DNA of 64,000 nucleotides from Raja brachyura (lineage: Eukaryota). Shown piece after piece: positions 12,501-23,785 of this stretch. The notes beneath the pieces were generated by a model that was given only the letters and a program-made list of their open reading frames with translations, was not told the origin of the DNA and did no database searches. Every line of letters starts with the position of its first letter. Position 1 is the stretch's first letter. The position numbers and the translations under genes are program-made. The stretch spans positions 5,270,001 to 5,334,000 of the forward strand of contig OY740804.1 in assembly GCA_963514005.1 (NCBI GenBank), read 5' to 3'.

Positions 12501-15500
12501 GAAACGCGGTCCTGGATATACTTGGCCATTCCAGGCCAGTAGAATTGGCATTGAGCGTGGGCGAGTGTTGCATCGACCCCCGGATGTCCGCTATGGGCTG
12601 AGCAGTAGTACGAATCAACTAGGGAAGACGGGACTACAACTTTATGTCCCTTGACGATAACGCCATCCTGGAGCACCAGTTCGTCGTGGACCAGGAAGAA
12701 AGGCTGTGTTTCAGTCGGCACACTGGAGCACTTTGTTGGCCACCCCGATTTAATCACCACGGCAAGCCGCTGCAGAACTGGATCGGCAGTGGTGTGCTCA
12801 GCCAGAAGCTGTAACTGCTTGGTGGGAATAAAGTCAATTCCCAGTACGAGCAAGTCTTCTGTTTCGTAGGGGTGGCGGGCACAGGAAGTCCGCGGGGCGT
12901 GGGACAGGGTGTCCGCAATCAAACGCTGCAGCCTAGCAGGGGCAGCATGAATCGGTTTGTTCAGAATTGTCACCAGTGGCTGGTGGTCGGTTTCGACCGT
13001 GAATTTGCTGCCAAACAGGAAGTCTCTGAACTTAGAGCAGGCAAACTACCATGAGCAGCTCCTTCTCGATCTGAGCATACCGCTGCTCGGTGTCCGTCAT
13101 GGTGCGGGAAGCATAGGAGACAGGATGAAGCGATCCATCGACAGACTGTAGGCAGGCCGCGCCCAGACCGAACTTGGAAGCGTCACAGGTGACGGTGATG
13201 GGGTGACTCACGTCAAAGAACCGCAATGTCAGTGTGTTAATCAGTCTGGACTTCAGACAGTCGAAAGCCTGCTGGTGCTGTGGGAGCCAGGCCCAGGCGA
13301 TATCTTTTTTTGTCAGCTGCCGCAGGGATGCACTCGGCTCACTGAGATTTGGTATGAACTTCCCAAGGTAATTCACCATGCCCAGGAAGCGTTGCAGACC
13401 TGGCACGTCGGTGGGGGCTACCATCTCGGAAATGGCAGCAGCCTTCAAGGGATTAGGTTTCAGTCCGTTAGAGGTGAAAACATGTCTAACATACGTGACT
13501 TCTGAGACTCAAAACCTGCACTTCTTGGGGTTCAGTTTCAGGTTGGCCTGTCGCGCCCGATCCAGGACGCGGCGGAGGTTCAGGTCGTGCTCGGAAATGT
13601 CCTTCCCATAGACCAGGATGTCATCCACGATGATGGCACATGACAGGTCTGAGAATACCTGCTCCATCGTTCGCTGGAACACTTCGCTAGCAGAATTGAT
13701 GCCGAATGGCATTCGCAGAAACTTGAATCTGCCGAACGGTGTGGAGAAAGTCGTCGGGTCAGAGGAAGTTTTGTCCAATGGAATCTGCCAAAACGAGTTC
13801 TTAGCGTTGAGGACCGAGAAGACGGTGGCCTGCCTGACCCGAGCAGCCACGTCCTCAACAGACCGCATGAGGTAGTGGGGTTGCCTGATGGCAAGGTTTA
13901 AGTCCTTCGGGTTGATGCACACGCGTATTTCATTCTTGTCTTTCTTTAGCGTGGCAACCATGGTGGAGACCCACTCAGTGGGCTCGCTAACCGCTTCTAG
14001 CACCCCCTTTTCGACCATGTTGTTAAGCATCGCCTCGACCTTGTCTTTCTTGGCATGAGACACCCTGTGAGGTGCGCGGACCACGGGCGTCACATTTGGG
14101 TCAATGGAAATACGGTAAGTCAGTGGTAACTTTCCCAGGTCATCGTTGAACAGGTCTGGGTATTCTGCTACTGGGTCAAACGACATTAGCACTTTGTGGA
14201 CCGTGCGGTCGAAGGACACCAGGCCGAGGTCCTGGCACGCACGGTTGCCCAGCAGAGTCACACGATTGGAGGTCTCCGATTGGAGACGTGGGTTCGTATC
14301 CCACTTCTGACACCATGTAAATAAGCGATCCACACATTCTTGAAGTGTATAGCATCCTTTAATAATGGCACAGGTATAACACACATCAGCAAGCACTGGT
14401 TACATTCTGTTACTGAACTATACCCAGGGAGGGGAAAGCGTTATGATTGATGTTAACTAATGCGGGGCTATTGGTACTGAGGTAGCTATATTATTGGTTG
14501 CATGCATAAACCATCTACAACATCCTTCTCTCCAGTGATGTTGCTTGGCCCGCTGTGTTACTCTAGCATTTTGTGTCCACCTCCGGTGTAAACCAGCATC
14601 AGCAGTTTGTTCCTACACAGATTATATTAGAGTTAGGGAAGTAACTTCATGAAAACATATTTGTCCTGCATCCGATCCTCTTCCGCAAAGAGTGAACTGT
14701 GCCTTACAGCGCCAGAGACCAGGGTTCGATCCTGACTATGGGTCCGGTCTTTATGGAGTTTGCATGTTCTCCCCATGACTGCATGGTTTTTCTCCGAGAG
14801 TTTTGGTTTCCTCCCACACTCCATAGACGTACAGGTTTGTAGATTAATCAGCTTGATATAAATGTAAATTATATACAGACCACCAAACAGCAGTAGGGAG
14901 GTTGGGGATAGCTTCATGCAGGAAATTAGGGATGCATGGGTGACTTTACATTGGGCCAACCCAAATTGGTAACAACACTGAGAAGGAGGATTTCCTGGAA
15001 TGTATAGGGGATGGGTTTTTAAACCAATATGTAGAGGAACCGACTCGAGGGCAGGCCATCCTTAACTGGGTATTGTGTAACGAGGAAGGTTTAGCAATCT
15101 TGTTACGCAAGGCCCCTTGGGCAACAGTGACCATAATATAGTGGAATCCTGCATTAGGATGGAGGGTGACACAGTTAATTCAGAGACTAGGGTCCTAAAC
15201 TTGATTAAAGGAGACTTTGAAGGTATGAGATGGGAATTGGCTGGGATAAACTGGCAAACTATACTTGACAGTGGAGATGCAATGGCAAAGATTTAAAGAC
15301 CGCAAGGATGAACTCCAGAAATTGTTCATCCCTGTTTGGCGAATAAATAAAACTGGGAAGGCGGCTCAACCATGGCTGACGAGGGAAGTCAAGGATAGTG
15401 TTAAATCCTAGGAAGAGGCATATAAATTGGCCAGAAGAAGTGGCAAACCAGAGGACAGGGAGAAATTTAGAACTCAACAGAGGAGAACAAAGGGGTTAAT

Positions 15501-18500
15501 TGAGGGGGGAAAAGAACATGAAAGAAAGCTTGCGGGGAATATAAAAACTGAATGTAAAGGTTTCTTTAAGTATGTATAAAGGAAAAGATTATTGAAGACG
15601 AATGTATGTCCCTTACAGTCAGAGACACATTAATTTATAATGGGAAACAAGGGAATGACAGAACAGTTAAACAGGTACTTTGGTTTTGTCTTCACTAAGG
15701 AAGACACAAACAATCTTCCGGAAATACTAGGGATCGCGGATCTAGTGGGAGGGAGGAACTGAAGGGAATCCACATTAGTCAGAAAATGGAGTTAGGTAAA
15801 TTGTTGGGACTGAAGACAGATAAATCCCCAGGGCCTGATGGTCTGCATCCCTGAGTACTCAAGGAGGTGGCCCGAGAAATCGTGGATTAATTGGTGATAA
15901 TTTTCCAATGTTTTCCCGAATCGGATCAGTTCCTGTGAACTGGAGGGTAGCCAATGTAACTCCACTTTTTAAGAATGGAAGGAGAGAGAAAACGAGGAAT
16001 TATAGTCCAGTTAGCCTTACATCAGTAGTGGGGAAGATGCTGGAGTCGATTATGAAAGATGTTATTGCAGCGCATTTGGAAAGCAGTGACAAGATCAGTC
16101 AAAATCAGCTTGGATTTATGAAGGGCAAATCATGCATTACTAATCTTTTGGAATTTTTTGAGGATGGATGGTCGCCCAATTATAGGAAGGATGTCAACAA
16201 AATAGAGAGGGTACAGAGGAGATTTACTAGAATGTTGCCTGGGTTTCAACAGCTAAGTTACAGAGATAGGTTGAATAAGTTAGGTCTTTATTCTCTGGAG
16301 CGCAGAAGGTTAAGGGGGGACTTGATAGAGGTCTTTAAAATGATGAGAGGGATAGACAGAGTTGATGTGGACAAGCTTTTCCCTATGAGAATAGGGAAGA
16401 TTCAAACAAGAGGACATGACTTTAGAATTAAGGGACAGAGGTTTAGGGGTAACATGAGGGGGAACATTTTTACTCGGAGAGTGGTAGCGGTGTGGAATGA
16501 GCTTCCAGTGGAAGTGGTGGCGGCAGGTTCGTTGGTATCATTTAAAAATAAATTGGATAGGCATATGGATGAGAAGGGTATGGAGGGTTATGGTATGAGT
16601 GCAGGCAGGTGGGACTAAGGGAAAAAAGTTGTTCGGCATGGACTTGAAGGGCCGAGATGGCCTGTTTCCGTGCTGTAATTGTTATATGGTTATATGGTTT
16701 ATATGGATGGATAAGTAGAATGGATAAGGGAGAACCAGTGAATGTGGTGTATCTGCCTTTGACAAGGTCCCACAGAAGAGATTAATGTGCAAAATTAGAG
16801 CACAAGGTATTGAGGTATTGACATGGATAGAGAACTGGTCAGCAGACTAGAAACAAAGAGTAGGAATTAATGGGTCCTTTTCAGAATGGCAGGCAGTGAC
16901 TAGTGGGGTGCCACATGGTGCTGGCATCCCAGTTATATACACTATATATTAACGATTTAGACGAGGGAATTAAATGTGACATCTCCATGTTTGCAGATGA
17001 CACCAAGCTGAGTGGTAGTGTGAGCAGCAAGGAGGATGCTATGAGGCTGCAGGGTGACTTGGATAGGTTGGGTTAGTGGGCAGAAGCATGACAGATATAG
17101 TACAATGTGGATAAATGTGAGGTTATCCACTTTTGTGGCAAGAACAGGAAGACAGATTATTATCTGAAGGGTGTCAGATTAGGAGAAGGGAAGGTGCAAT
17201 GAGTCCTGGGTTTGCTTGTACATCAGTCACTGAAAGTAAGCATGCTGGTACAGCAGACAGTAAAGAAAGCCAATGGCATGTTGGCCTTTATTGCGAGAGG
17301 ATTTGAGTTTAGGAGCAAGGAAGTCCTACTTCAGTTGTACAGGGCCCTGGTGAGACCACTCCTGGAGTATAGTGTGCAATTTTGGTCTCCTATTTGAGGA
17401 AGGACATTATTGCTATTGAGGGGGTGCAGCGTAGGTTCACCAGGCTAATTCCCGGGATGACGAGGCTGACATATGATGATAGAACGTGTCGACTGGGCTT
17501 GTATTCGCTGGAATTTAGAATGATGAGAGGGGATCTTATAGAAACATATAAACTTCTCAGAGGATTGGACAGGTTAGATGCAGGAAAAATGTTCCCGATG
17601 TTGGGGAAGTCCAGAACCAGGAGTCACAGTTTAAGAATAAGGGGTAGGCCATTTAGGACTAAGATGAGGAAAACCTTTAACACCGAGAGAGTTGTGAGTC
17701 TGTGGAACACTGCCACAGAAGGCAGTGGAGGCCAATTCACTGGATGTTTTCAAGAGAAAGTTCGATTTAGCTCTTAGGGCTAAGGGAATCAAGGAATATG
17801 GGGGAAAAAGGCAGAGCAGGATACTGATTTTCGATGATCAGCCATATTGAATGGAGGTTCTGGCTCAAAGGGCCAAATGGCCGACTCCTGCACCTATTTT
17901 CTATTTTTCCATGTAAAAAATGTCCCTAATGTAGGATAGCGTTAGTGTGCGGTGATCGTTGGTCGGTGCGGACTCGGTGGGCCGAAGGGCCTGTTTCCAC
18001 GCTATGTCTCAAAACTATTTACCATATCCAAGAAATGGTAAATAGGTTTCCTGCCAGGTCATAATGAGGTTTCCCTTGAGATTTAACATTGTTCTACAGT
18101 GAACTGTGTCATGAAGCAACTATTCCATAATCCAATAGAACTTCCTGAAGCTTTCATAAAATGCTACATAAATACAATATCCTACTTCGGACATTCTGAT
18201 GCAGAAAATTTCCATCAAGTCTCTGTAATTTTTATAAAGGGTAGTGCAGTGGAGCAACTGGTAGAGCTGCACCTCGCAGCACCAGAGTCCAGAGTTCGAT
18301 CCTGACCTCGGGTGTTGCCTGCGTGGAGTTTGCACGTTCTCCCTGTTAACTGTATGGGTTTCCTCCAGGTGCTCCGGTTTCCTTCCACATCCCACATTGG
18401 GACAAGTACATGGATAGGAGAGGTTTAGAGGGATATGGGCCAAATGCAGGCAGGTGGGACTCATGTAGATGGGGGCAGGGCGTGGCCAAGTTGGACCGAA

Positions 18501-20549
18501 GGGCCTGTTTTCACACTGTATGACCCAATCCCAAAGACGTGTAGGTTAGTGGGTTAATTGGCCTCGATAAATTGCCCCACTGCTATGAAAGGGAATCAAG
18601 TATGACATAAATGGATACAATGCAACATTATCCCTTGTGTGTTTGACGTCAATAAAGTCCATATAAGAATTAATTATCATTATATTTTTCAGGCTCAAAT
18701 GGAAAGAGAAATATAAGTCAGGAAAATCCAGCAGAAAGTTTCACGGTAAGCCAATGCTACAGCATGTTGTAGTCCCAGGGAAATAAAGCAACCTTACTGG
18801 AGGTCATCCCTGAAGGGTCACACATCACATGACATATCGATCACTTGACCGCTCATAACATGGCACCTAAATGATCGAGTGCCCATCCTTGGCCTTCTCC
18901 ACTGCCTTGGTGAGGCCAGGCACAAACTCAAAGCACAACATCTGGGTTCGATCCTGACCACGGGTGCTGTCTGTGTGGAGTTTGCAGGTTCTTACTGTGA
19001 CCACCTGGGTTTCGTCTGGATGCTCCGGTTTCCTCCCACATCCCAAAGACGGGCGGGTTTGTAAGTGAATTGCCCTCCATAAATTTCCCCCAGTGTGTAG
19101 GGAGTGGATGTGAAAGTGGGATAACATAGATCTAAGGTGGACAGGTGGTCGATGGTCGATGGTCGCTGTGCGGCAGTAGGTCTACCAGCTGCACCACTGT
19201 GCCCATCCTTTCACTTCCTTTGTTGCCATTAATGGTCTCTACTGAGTTCACTCCTGTTATCAGTGGGCGGCACAGTGGCGCAGCGGTAGAGTTACTGCCT
19301 CACAGCGCCAGAGACCCGAGTTCCATCCTGACCTCGGATGCTGTCTGTGCAGTGTTTGCACGTTCTCCCTGTGCCGCCCGGGTTTTCTCCGGGTGACCCG
19401 GTTTGCTCCCACATTCCAAAGATGTGCAGGTTTGTAGATTAATTGTCTTCTGTAAATTGTCCCCAGTGTGTGGGATGCGAAACTGGGATAACATGGAACA
19501 ACTGTTAACGGGTGATTGATGGTCAGCGTGGACTTGGTGGGCCAAGGGGCCTGTTTCCATTCAGCATCTCTAAACTAAACTAAACTAAGTAATTATGTTT
19601 ACGTCTGAAGAAGGTTCTCGACCCAAAATGCCACCAATTCCTTTTCTCCAGAGATGTTGCCTGACCCGCTGGTTACTCCAGCATTTTGGGTTTGCTGTCC
19701 TCAAAAAGGCAGCCAGCATCATCAGAGACCCACACCACCCTGTCCGCACTCTCATTTCACCACTGCCATCGGGAAGCAGGTACAGGAGCCCGAAAACTGC
19801 AATGTCCAGGTTCAGGAACAGCTTCATCCCTACAGCCATCAGGGTGTTAAACACTACCTCAAATAGGGTCCAAACTACATAGTTCAAGAAGGAACTGCAG
19901 ATGCTGGAGAATCGAAGGAAGACAAATTTGCTGGAGAAACTCAGTGGGTGCGGCAGCATCTATGGAGCGAAGGAAAGAGTCTGAAGAAGGGTTTCGGCCC
20001 GACACTATCTTTAAGAAAGAACTGCAGATGCTGGAAAAATCGAAGGCAGGCAAAAGTGTTGGACAAACTCAGCGGGTGAGGCAGCATCTATGGGGCGAAG
20101 GAAATAGGTGGCGCTTCGGGTGGGAGATGTCAATGTTCAAGTAACCCTTGCTTTCCCTCTCTCTCCATCCCTTCCCCCTTCCCATATCTCCCACCAGTCT
20201 TACTGTCTCCGACTACATTTTATCTCTGTACCGCCCACACCCCTGACATCAGTCTGAAGAAGGGCCTCGACCCGAAACGTCACCTATTTCCTTCGCTCCA
20301 TAGATGCTGCCTGACCCGCTGAGTTTCTCCAACATTTTCGTCTACCTTCTGACACTATCTTTAAGTAATTATGTTTCTCACTTGACTCCAAAGGCAACCC
20401 CTGTCATTTATAGCACCGTGACAACCCGTTCTCCAGATTGCACGGAGAATACTTACATGAACCTTCAAAATCTGAACACACAAGGACAAGCCAAGAGGCA
20501 AGGTGCCGCAGAAGTTGTGTACGCAACAATTCTCACTGATAATAATTAA
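460..20549 (+). CDS. Gene 1: CD300/pIgR-like (CMRF35-like, MDIR-type) inhibitory Ig receptor, 322 aa; join(460..556,3515..3835,5158..5383,5991..6106,18693..18745,20394..20549)
   Basis: Six exons with GT-AG boundaries and compatible intron phases (1,1,2,1,0) total 969 nt and are open from ATG to TAA. They encode a signal peptide, IgV, Ser/Thr stalk, uncharged TM and a tail with VIYSTV, TYMNL and VVYATI. Family assigned from IgV motifs (GQSVTMGCQY; VTINNLEKSDEGLYWC). Confidence 0.85.
795..1180 (+). mobile_element. CR1 3' fragment
   Basis: Matches the CR1 ORF2 end and 3' UTR repeated through the window. Confidence 0.75.
3515..3835 (+). CDS. Gene 1 exon 2, Ig V-set domain
   Basis: Acceptor ccacag at 3514, donor AAG/gtacg at 3835. 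B-strand Cys (MGCQY), C-strand Trp, D-x-G-x-Y-W-C; lies in ORF 3505..3984. Confidence 0.93.
5158..5383 (+). CDS. Gene 1 exon 3, mucin-like Ser/Thr stalk
   Basis: Polypyrimidine tract and aag acceptor at 5157; Thr/Ser-rich frame (TTTSTTISTRASTTTTLTT); phase-2 donor AG/gttaga at 5383. Confidence 0.85.
5991..6106 (+). CDS. Gene 1 exon 4, transmembrane (QAVTFPWQVVLSIALTIVFLLFIAAIILCVKIRQKKKT)
   Basis: ttttcag acceptor, phase 2; uncharged hydrophobic helix followed by a basic stop-transfer; donor G/gtaagt. Confidence 0.9.
8590..8960 (-). mobile_element. L2-type LINE 3' fragment
   Basis: LRSADLGLLTIPRSRFKLRGDRAFAVAAPRLWNSIP on the minus strand with an (ATT)n tail. Confidence 0.75.
9184..11331 (-). 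mobile_element. 5'-truncated Rex1/Babar-type non-LTR retrotransposon inserted in the Gypsy 3' LTR
   Basis: RT ORF 9985..11343 (FAYRPNRSTDDAI, GVPQGCVLNPLLF; FADD mutated to FADG); (TTTGAC)n tail; TSD TATTG (9179-9183, 11332-11336). Confidence 0.92.
14271..14315 (+). other. Extended primer-binding site: copy of the 3' ~45 nt of tRNA-Leu(CAA-type) including CCA
   Basis: GGTCTCCGATTGGAGACGTGGGTTCGTATCCCACTTCTGACACCA folds as variable arm, T arm, acceptor strand and CCA, and abuts the LTR. tRNA identity is from recall of vertebrate tRNA-Leu. Confidence 0.85.
14876..17913 (+). mobile_element. Degenerate CR1/HER1-type LINE (endonuclease end and RT)
   Basis: WRVANVTPLFK, PVSLTSVVGKMLESI, LYRALVRPLLEY and the family 3' UTR; multiple stops. 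Confidence 0.9.
16169..16704 (+). mobile_element. CR1 3' fragment nested in the larger CR1
   Basis: Abrupt switch to the ORF2 C-terminus (ERVQRRFTRMLPG), (TATATGGT)n tail, flanking GGATGGA repeat (16162-16168, 16705-16711). Confidence 0.8.
18693..18745 (+). CDS. Gene 1 exon 5, short cytoplasmic exon (SNGKRNISQENPAESFT)
   Basis: tatttttcag acceptor and ACG/gtaagc donor; phase 1 to 0 bridges exons 4 and 6; sits in non-repeat sequence. Confidence 0.75.
19265..19588 (+). mobile_element. tRNA-derived V-SINE (HE1-like), full length; representative of dozens of copies
   Basis: A/B-box-like head (TGGCGCAGCGG; in other copies GGTTCGATCC), V-core GTTTGCACGTTCTCCC, (CTAAA)n tail. Confidence 0.85.
20016..20350. 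repeat. Penelope-derived fold-back insertion with hammerhead motif
   Basis: Antisense arm followed by sense 3' region starting TTCAAGTAAC (the GIY-YIG ORF end seen at ~35491); 15-bp flanking repeat GACACTATCTTTAAG (20001-20015, 20351-20365). Confidence 0.8.
20251..20284 (+). ncRNA. Minimal type I hammerhead ribozyme motif (Penelope-associated)
   Basis: CTGAAGA(20254-60)-A-GGG/CCC stem II-GAAA-CGTC; related copies at 1536-1569 and 59827-59860. Activity untested. Confidence 0.6.
20394..20549 (+). CDS. Gene 1 exon 6, ITIM-bearing tail
   Basis: aag acceptor at 20393, phase 0; ATPVIYSTV...TYMNL...EVVYATILTDNN*. Confidence 0.88.
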   Translation, partial: ATPVIYSTVTTRSPDCTENTYMNLQNLNTQGQAKRQGAAEVVYATILTDNN

Positions 20550-23500
20550 TTCAAGCACCGGAGAACACCAAGAATGCATTGGAAACGGACAGTCTGGTAA
20601 AGTTGTCTTTGCTTACCCACAAATACAGACATTTGCGTTCAGATTTCACCAAGAACAGTGCATGGCCATCAAGATAACTGGAGATTTTGGGAATCTGATA
20701 AAGATAGGACATAGGAAAGTACAACAGGCCCTTTGGCCCACAATATCTGTGCGGAAAATGAAAAATGTGAAAACACTCAGCAGGTCAGGCAGCACCTGTG
20801 GAGATAGAAACAGAGATAACATGATCATTTGATGACCTTAAGGTGAGAGGGGAAAGATTTAGTAGGAACCCGAGGTTCAACTTTTTCACTCAGAGGGTGG
20901 CGGGTGTAAGGAACAAGCTGCTAGAGGAGGTAGTTGAGGCAGGCACTTTAACATAATTGAAAATACTTTTGTACAGGTACATGGATAGGACTGGTTTTGA
21001 GGGATATGGGCCAAATGCGGGAAGGTGGGACTATCATAGATGGGTTGGCAAGGACAAATTGGGCCAAATGGCCTGGTTCGTGATGTATGTCTCTTAGAGT
21101 TTGTATTCAACATAAGAAAATAAGTGCAGAAATAGGCCATTCAGCCCTTCAAGCCAATTCTGCCATTCAACACAATCATGGCTGATCTGCCTCCAACCTC
21201 ATCTCCTCTCCTGTGCCAGTTCCTTAATGCCCTTGACTCGTTGTCCCTTCAAACCCCTCTTTAAATACCCCTAATGATCCAGCCTCCGTAACCTCCCAGT
21301 AGCAGGTTATTCCAGGGATTCATCACTCCGTTCCGCTTTCCACAAATGCCGCCGAACATGTTGAGATTTTCCACCATTTTTCTTTTGCCTTAATCAGAAC
21401 AGCTGTGGAATTTGAACTGTGTTATTAATTTGTGGTTTAAAAATAGATATGTATATGTACTGTTGAACATAAAACTACCGACTTGTTGTTAAAACTCACT
21501 GGTTGACTTTCCACCATGCAGTTTACCAAGAAATACAGTTGTGTTACTAAGTCATAGAGTCATACAGTGCGGAAACAGGCCCTTCGGCCCAACTTGCCCA
21601 CATCAACCAACATGGCCAATCTACACTAGTCCCACCTGACTATGTTTGGCCAATATCCCTCTAAACCTGTCCTATCCATGTACCTGTCTAATTGCTTCTT
21701 AAACATTGCAATCGTCCCTGCCTCAACTACCTCCTCTGGCAGCTTGTTCCGTACACCCACCACACTGTGCGTGATTGGTGAGAAAGGTACAGCACAGAAG
21801 CAGGCCCTTCGGCCCACAATGTGGGTGCTGAACATAATGTCAAGATGAACTAAACTCATCTTCCTGCACATGATCCATAACACCCTCCCGCCCATTTCCA
21901 GGATATCCACGTGCCAATCTCAAAGCCTCTAAAGAATGTTACTATCTCATTTGTCGCCATCACCATTCCTGGCAGCACGTTCCAGGTACCTCACACATGC
22001 TTGGATTAAGCACCATGAGGGCAGCATGGTAGCACAGCGGTAGAGTTGCTGCCTTACAGCGCTTGCAATGCCGGAGACACTGGTTCGATCCAGAACGGGT
22101 GCCGTCTGTACGGAGTTTGTACGTTCGCCCCGTGACCTGCGTGGGTTTCTCAGAGACCTTCAGTTTCCTTCTACACTCCAAAGACGTACAGGTTTGTAGG
22201 TTAATTGGCTTGGTATAAATGTAAATTGTCATCAGTGTGTGTAGGAATAGATAGTGTTAATGTGCGGGGATCGCTGGTCAGCACGGATCTGGTGGGACGA
22301 AGGGCCTATTTCTGCGCTGTACCTCGAAACTAAAAGTTCTCTCAACACCTCCCAAGATCCCAGATTAGATCAACAGTTGATTGAGAAGTCAGTTGTAGGG
22401 TTGTGGACCTATTCTTGTACTGCTCCTGGGAAGGTCTCCCCGTGCTTTCGAGACAATTGCTTTAATTTCCCTGTATTTTGTGAATTTTTATGGCAGTGGC
22501 TTGCAAATATGTGTATGAGGAACAAGAATCGCAAGTTAGAGATTGTGTAAATATGTACAAATGTTTTGTAATGAAACATCTACAGATGACATGGGAGATG
22601 TTGTAAGCATACAATAAAGTACACTTGTCTTCTAAATACCTGGTGAGCCCAGGATTTACCGACTTTGTCGAAGGTGGTTTTGCGGATGGATTTAGATCAC
22701 AGAACAGCACAGGGACAGGCCCTTGGGCCCACATTGTCCATGCCAAACACAAGGCAAATTTAATCTGATCTCATCTGCCTGCACATAGTCCACTATCCCT
22801 CCACCCCCTGCATATCTATGTGCCTATCTTATACTTGTACTGAAATGTATACAATAATGAATTTCACTGTACCTCGTTACATGGCAAATAAAGTACCATA
22901 CTATCTAAAATCCTCAGCGGGCCAAAGGGCCTCTGTTTCTAAAGTCCAAAGCAAAGTGCCACAGCGATAGATCACGTTTTCCCTGTGATCGCGTGGGTTT
23001 TCTCTGGCCCCCTCCTGCATTCCAAAGACATGCAGGTTAATTGGCTTCTGTAAATTGCCCCTAGTGTGTGGGATAGAACTAGTGTGTGGGCGATCACTGG
23101 TCGATGTGGACTCAGCGGGCCGAAGGACCCGTTTCCACACTGTATTTCTAAACTAAACTCAACTAAAGCATTACATATTAGATGGGAAATGGGATAAATC
23201 AATAGCTGAAGCAAAGTCAGCTGCATCAGAGGACCATCGGTCTACAATCGAGCTTCACAACGCATGTGGAAAGGGAAGTTGTTTCAATTGCAATGTCCTT
23301 CAAGCAGCAACTCTACCGCTGCGCCACCGTGCTGCCCCGTGAAAAAGCCTCTGGTTATTAAACTGGAAGAGACGTGGGGGCACAAAATGTGGTGAGTGAT
23401 GGGTGGATACAGGTGAGGAGTGGGGGGGGGGGGGGGGGGGTTGATTGAATGCAATTATTGATTACTGACCATCCAAACAACATGAAATATTTAAACAACA

Positions 23501-23785
23501 CACACATTTCCGTTGGCAATTCTCATTGCTCTTGTTCATCTAGCAAAAGGGGAACAGACACATTTAGTTTTATTTAACTGTTTTTCATGTTCACAAGAAA
23601 TTTTAAAAACACCTCGCTATCAGTGCAGCATTTTCGCAAAACGCCCTTCCTGCATGTATGTGAGCTAACTCTGCACACTGTCTCAATTTACCAGTGGTAT
23701 ATATACACTTGTACTGTATCTGAGATGCTTATCTAAGATATATCCAAGTGCTTATGTATAGTGATACTTGTACTGAACAGTACAT

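Larger units (their letters stand above)
9002..14519 (-). mobile_element. Ty3/Gypsy LTR retrotransposon, gag-deleted, degenerate pol (RT, RNase H, integrase)
   Basis: TG..CA LTRs of about 204 bp: 14316..14519 and 9002..9183 plus 11337..11359 (6 substitutions and 1 indel by eye). TSD ACATC (8997-9001, 14520-14524), PPT 11360-11370, PBS TGGTGTCAGAAG. ORFs contain IIVDDILV, TCDASKFGLGA and an HHCC/DDE integrase. Confidence 0.95.

Noticed and set aside
11377-12869. Plus-strand and alternative-frame ORFs over the Gypsy integrase
   Set aside because: Shadow ORFs of GC-rich pol sequence.
14271-14315. Possible tRNA-Leu gene
   Set aside because: Only the 3' part is present, with encoded CCA and abutting an LTR, so it is primer-derived.
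19265-19340. tRNA-like A/B boxes at the heads of many repeats
   Set aside because: They are V-SINE heads continuing into the SINE core and tail, not cloverleaf tRNA genes.
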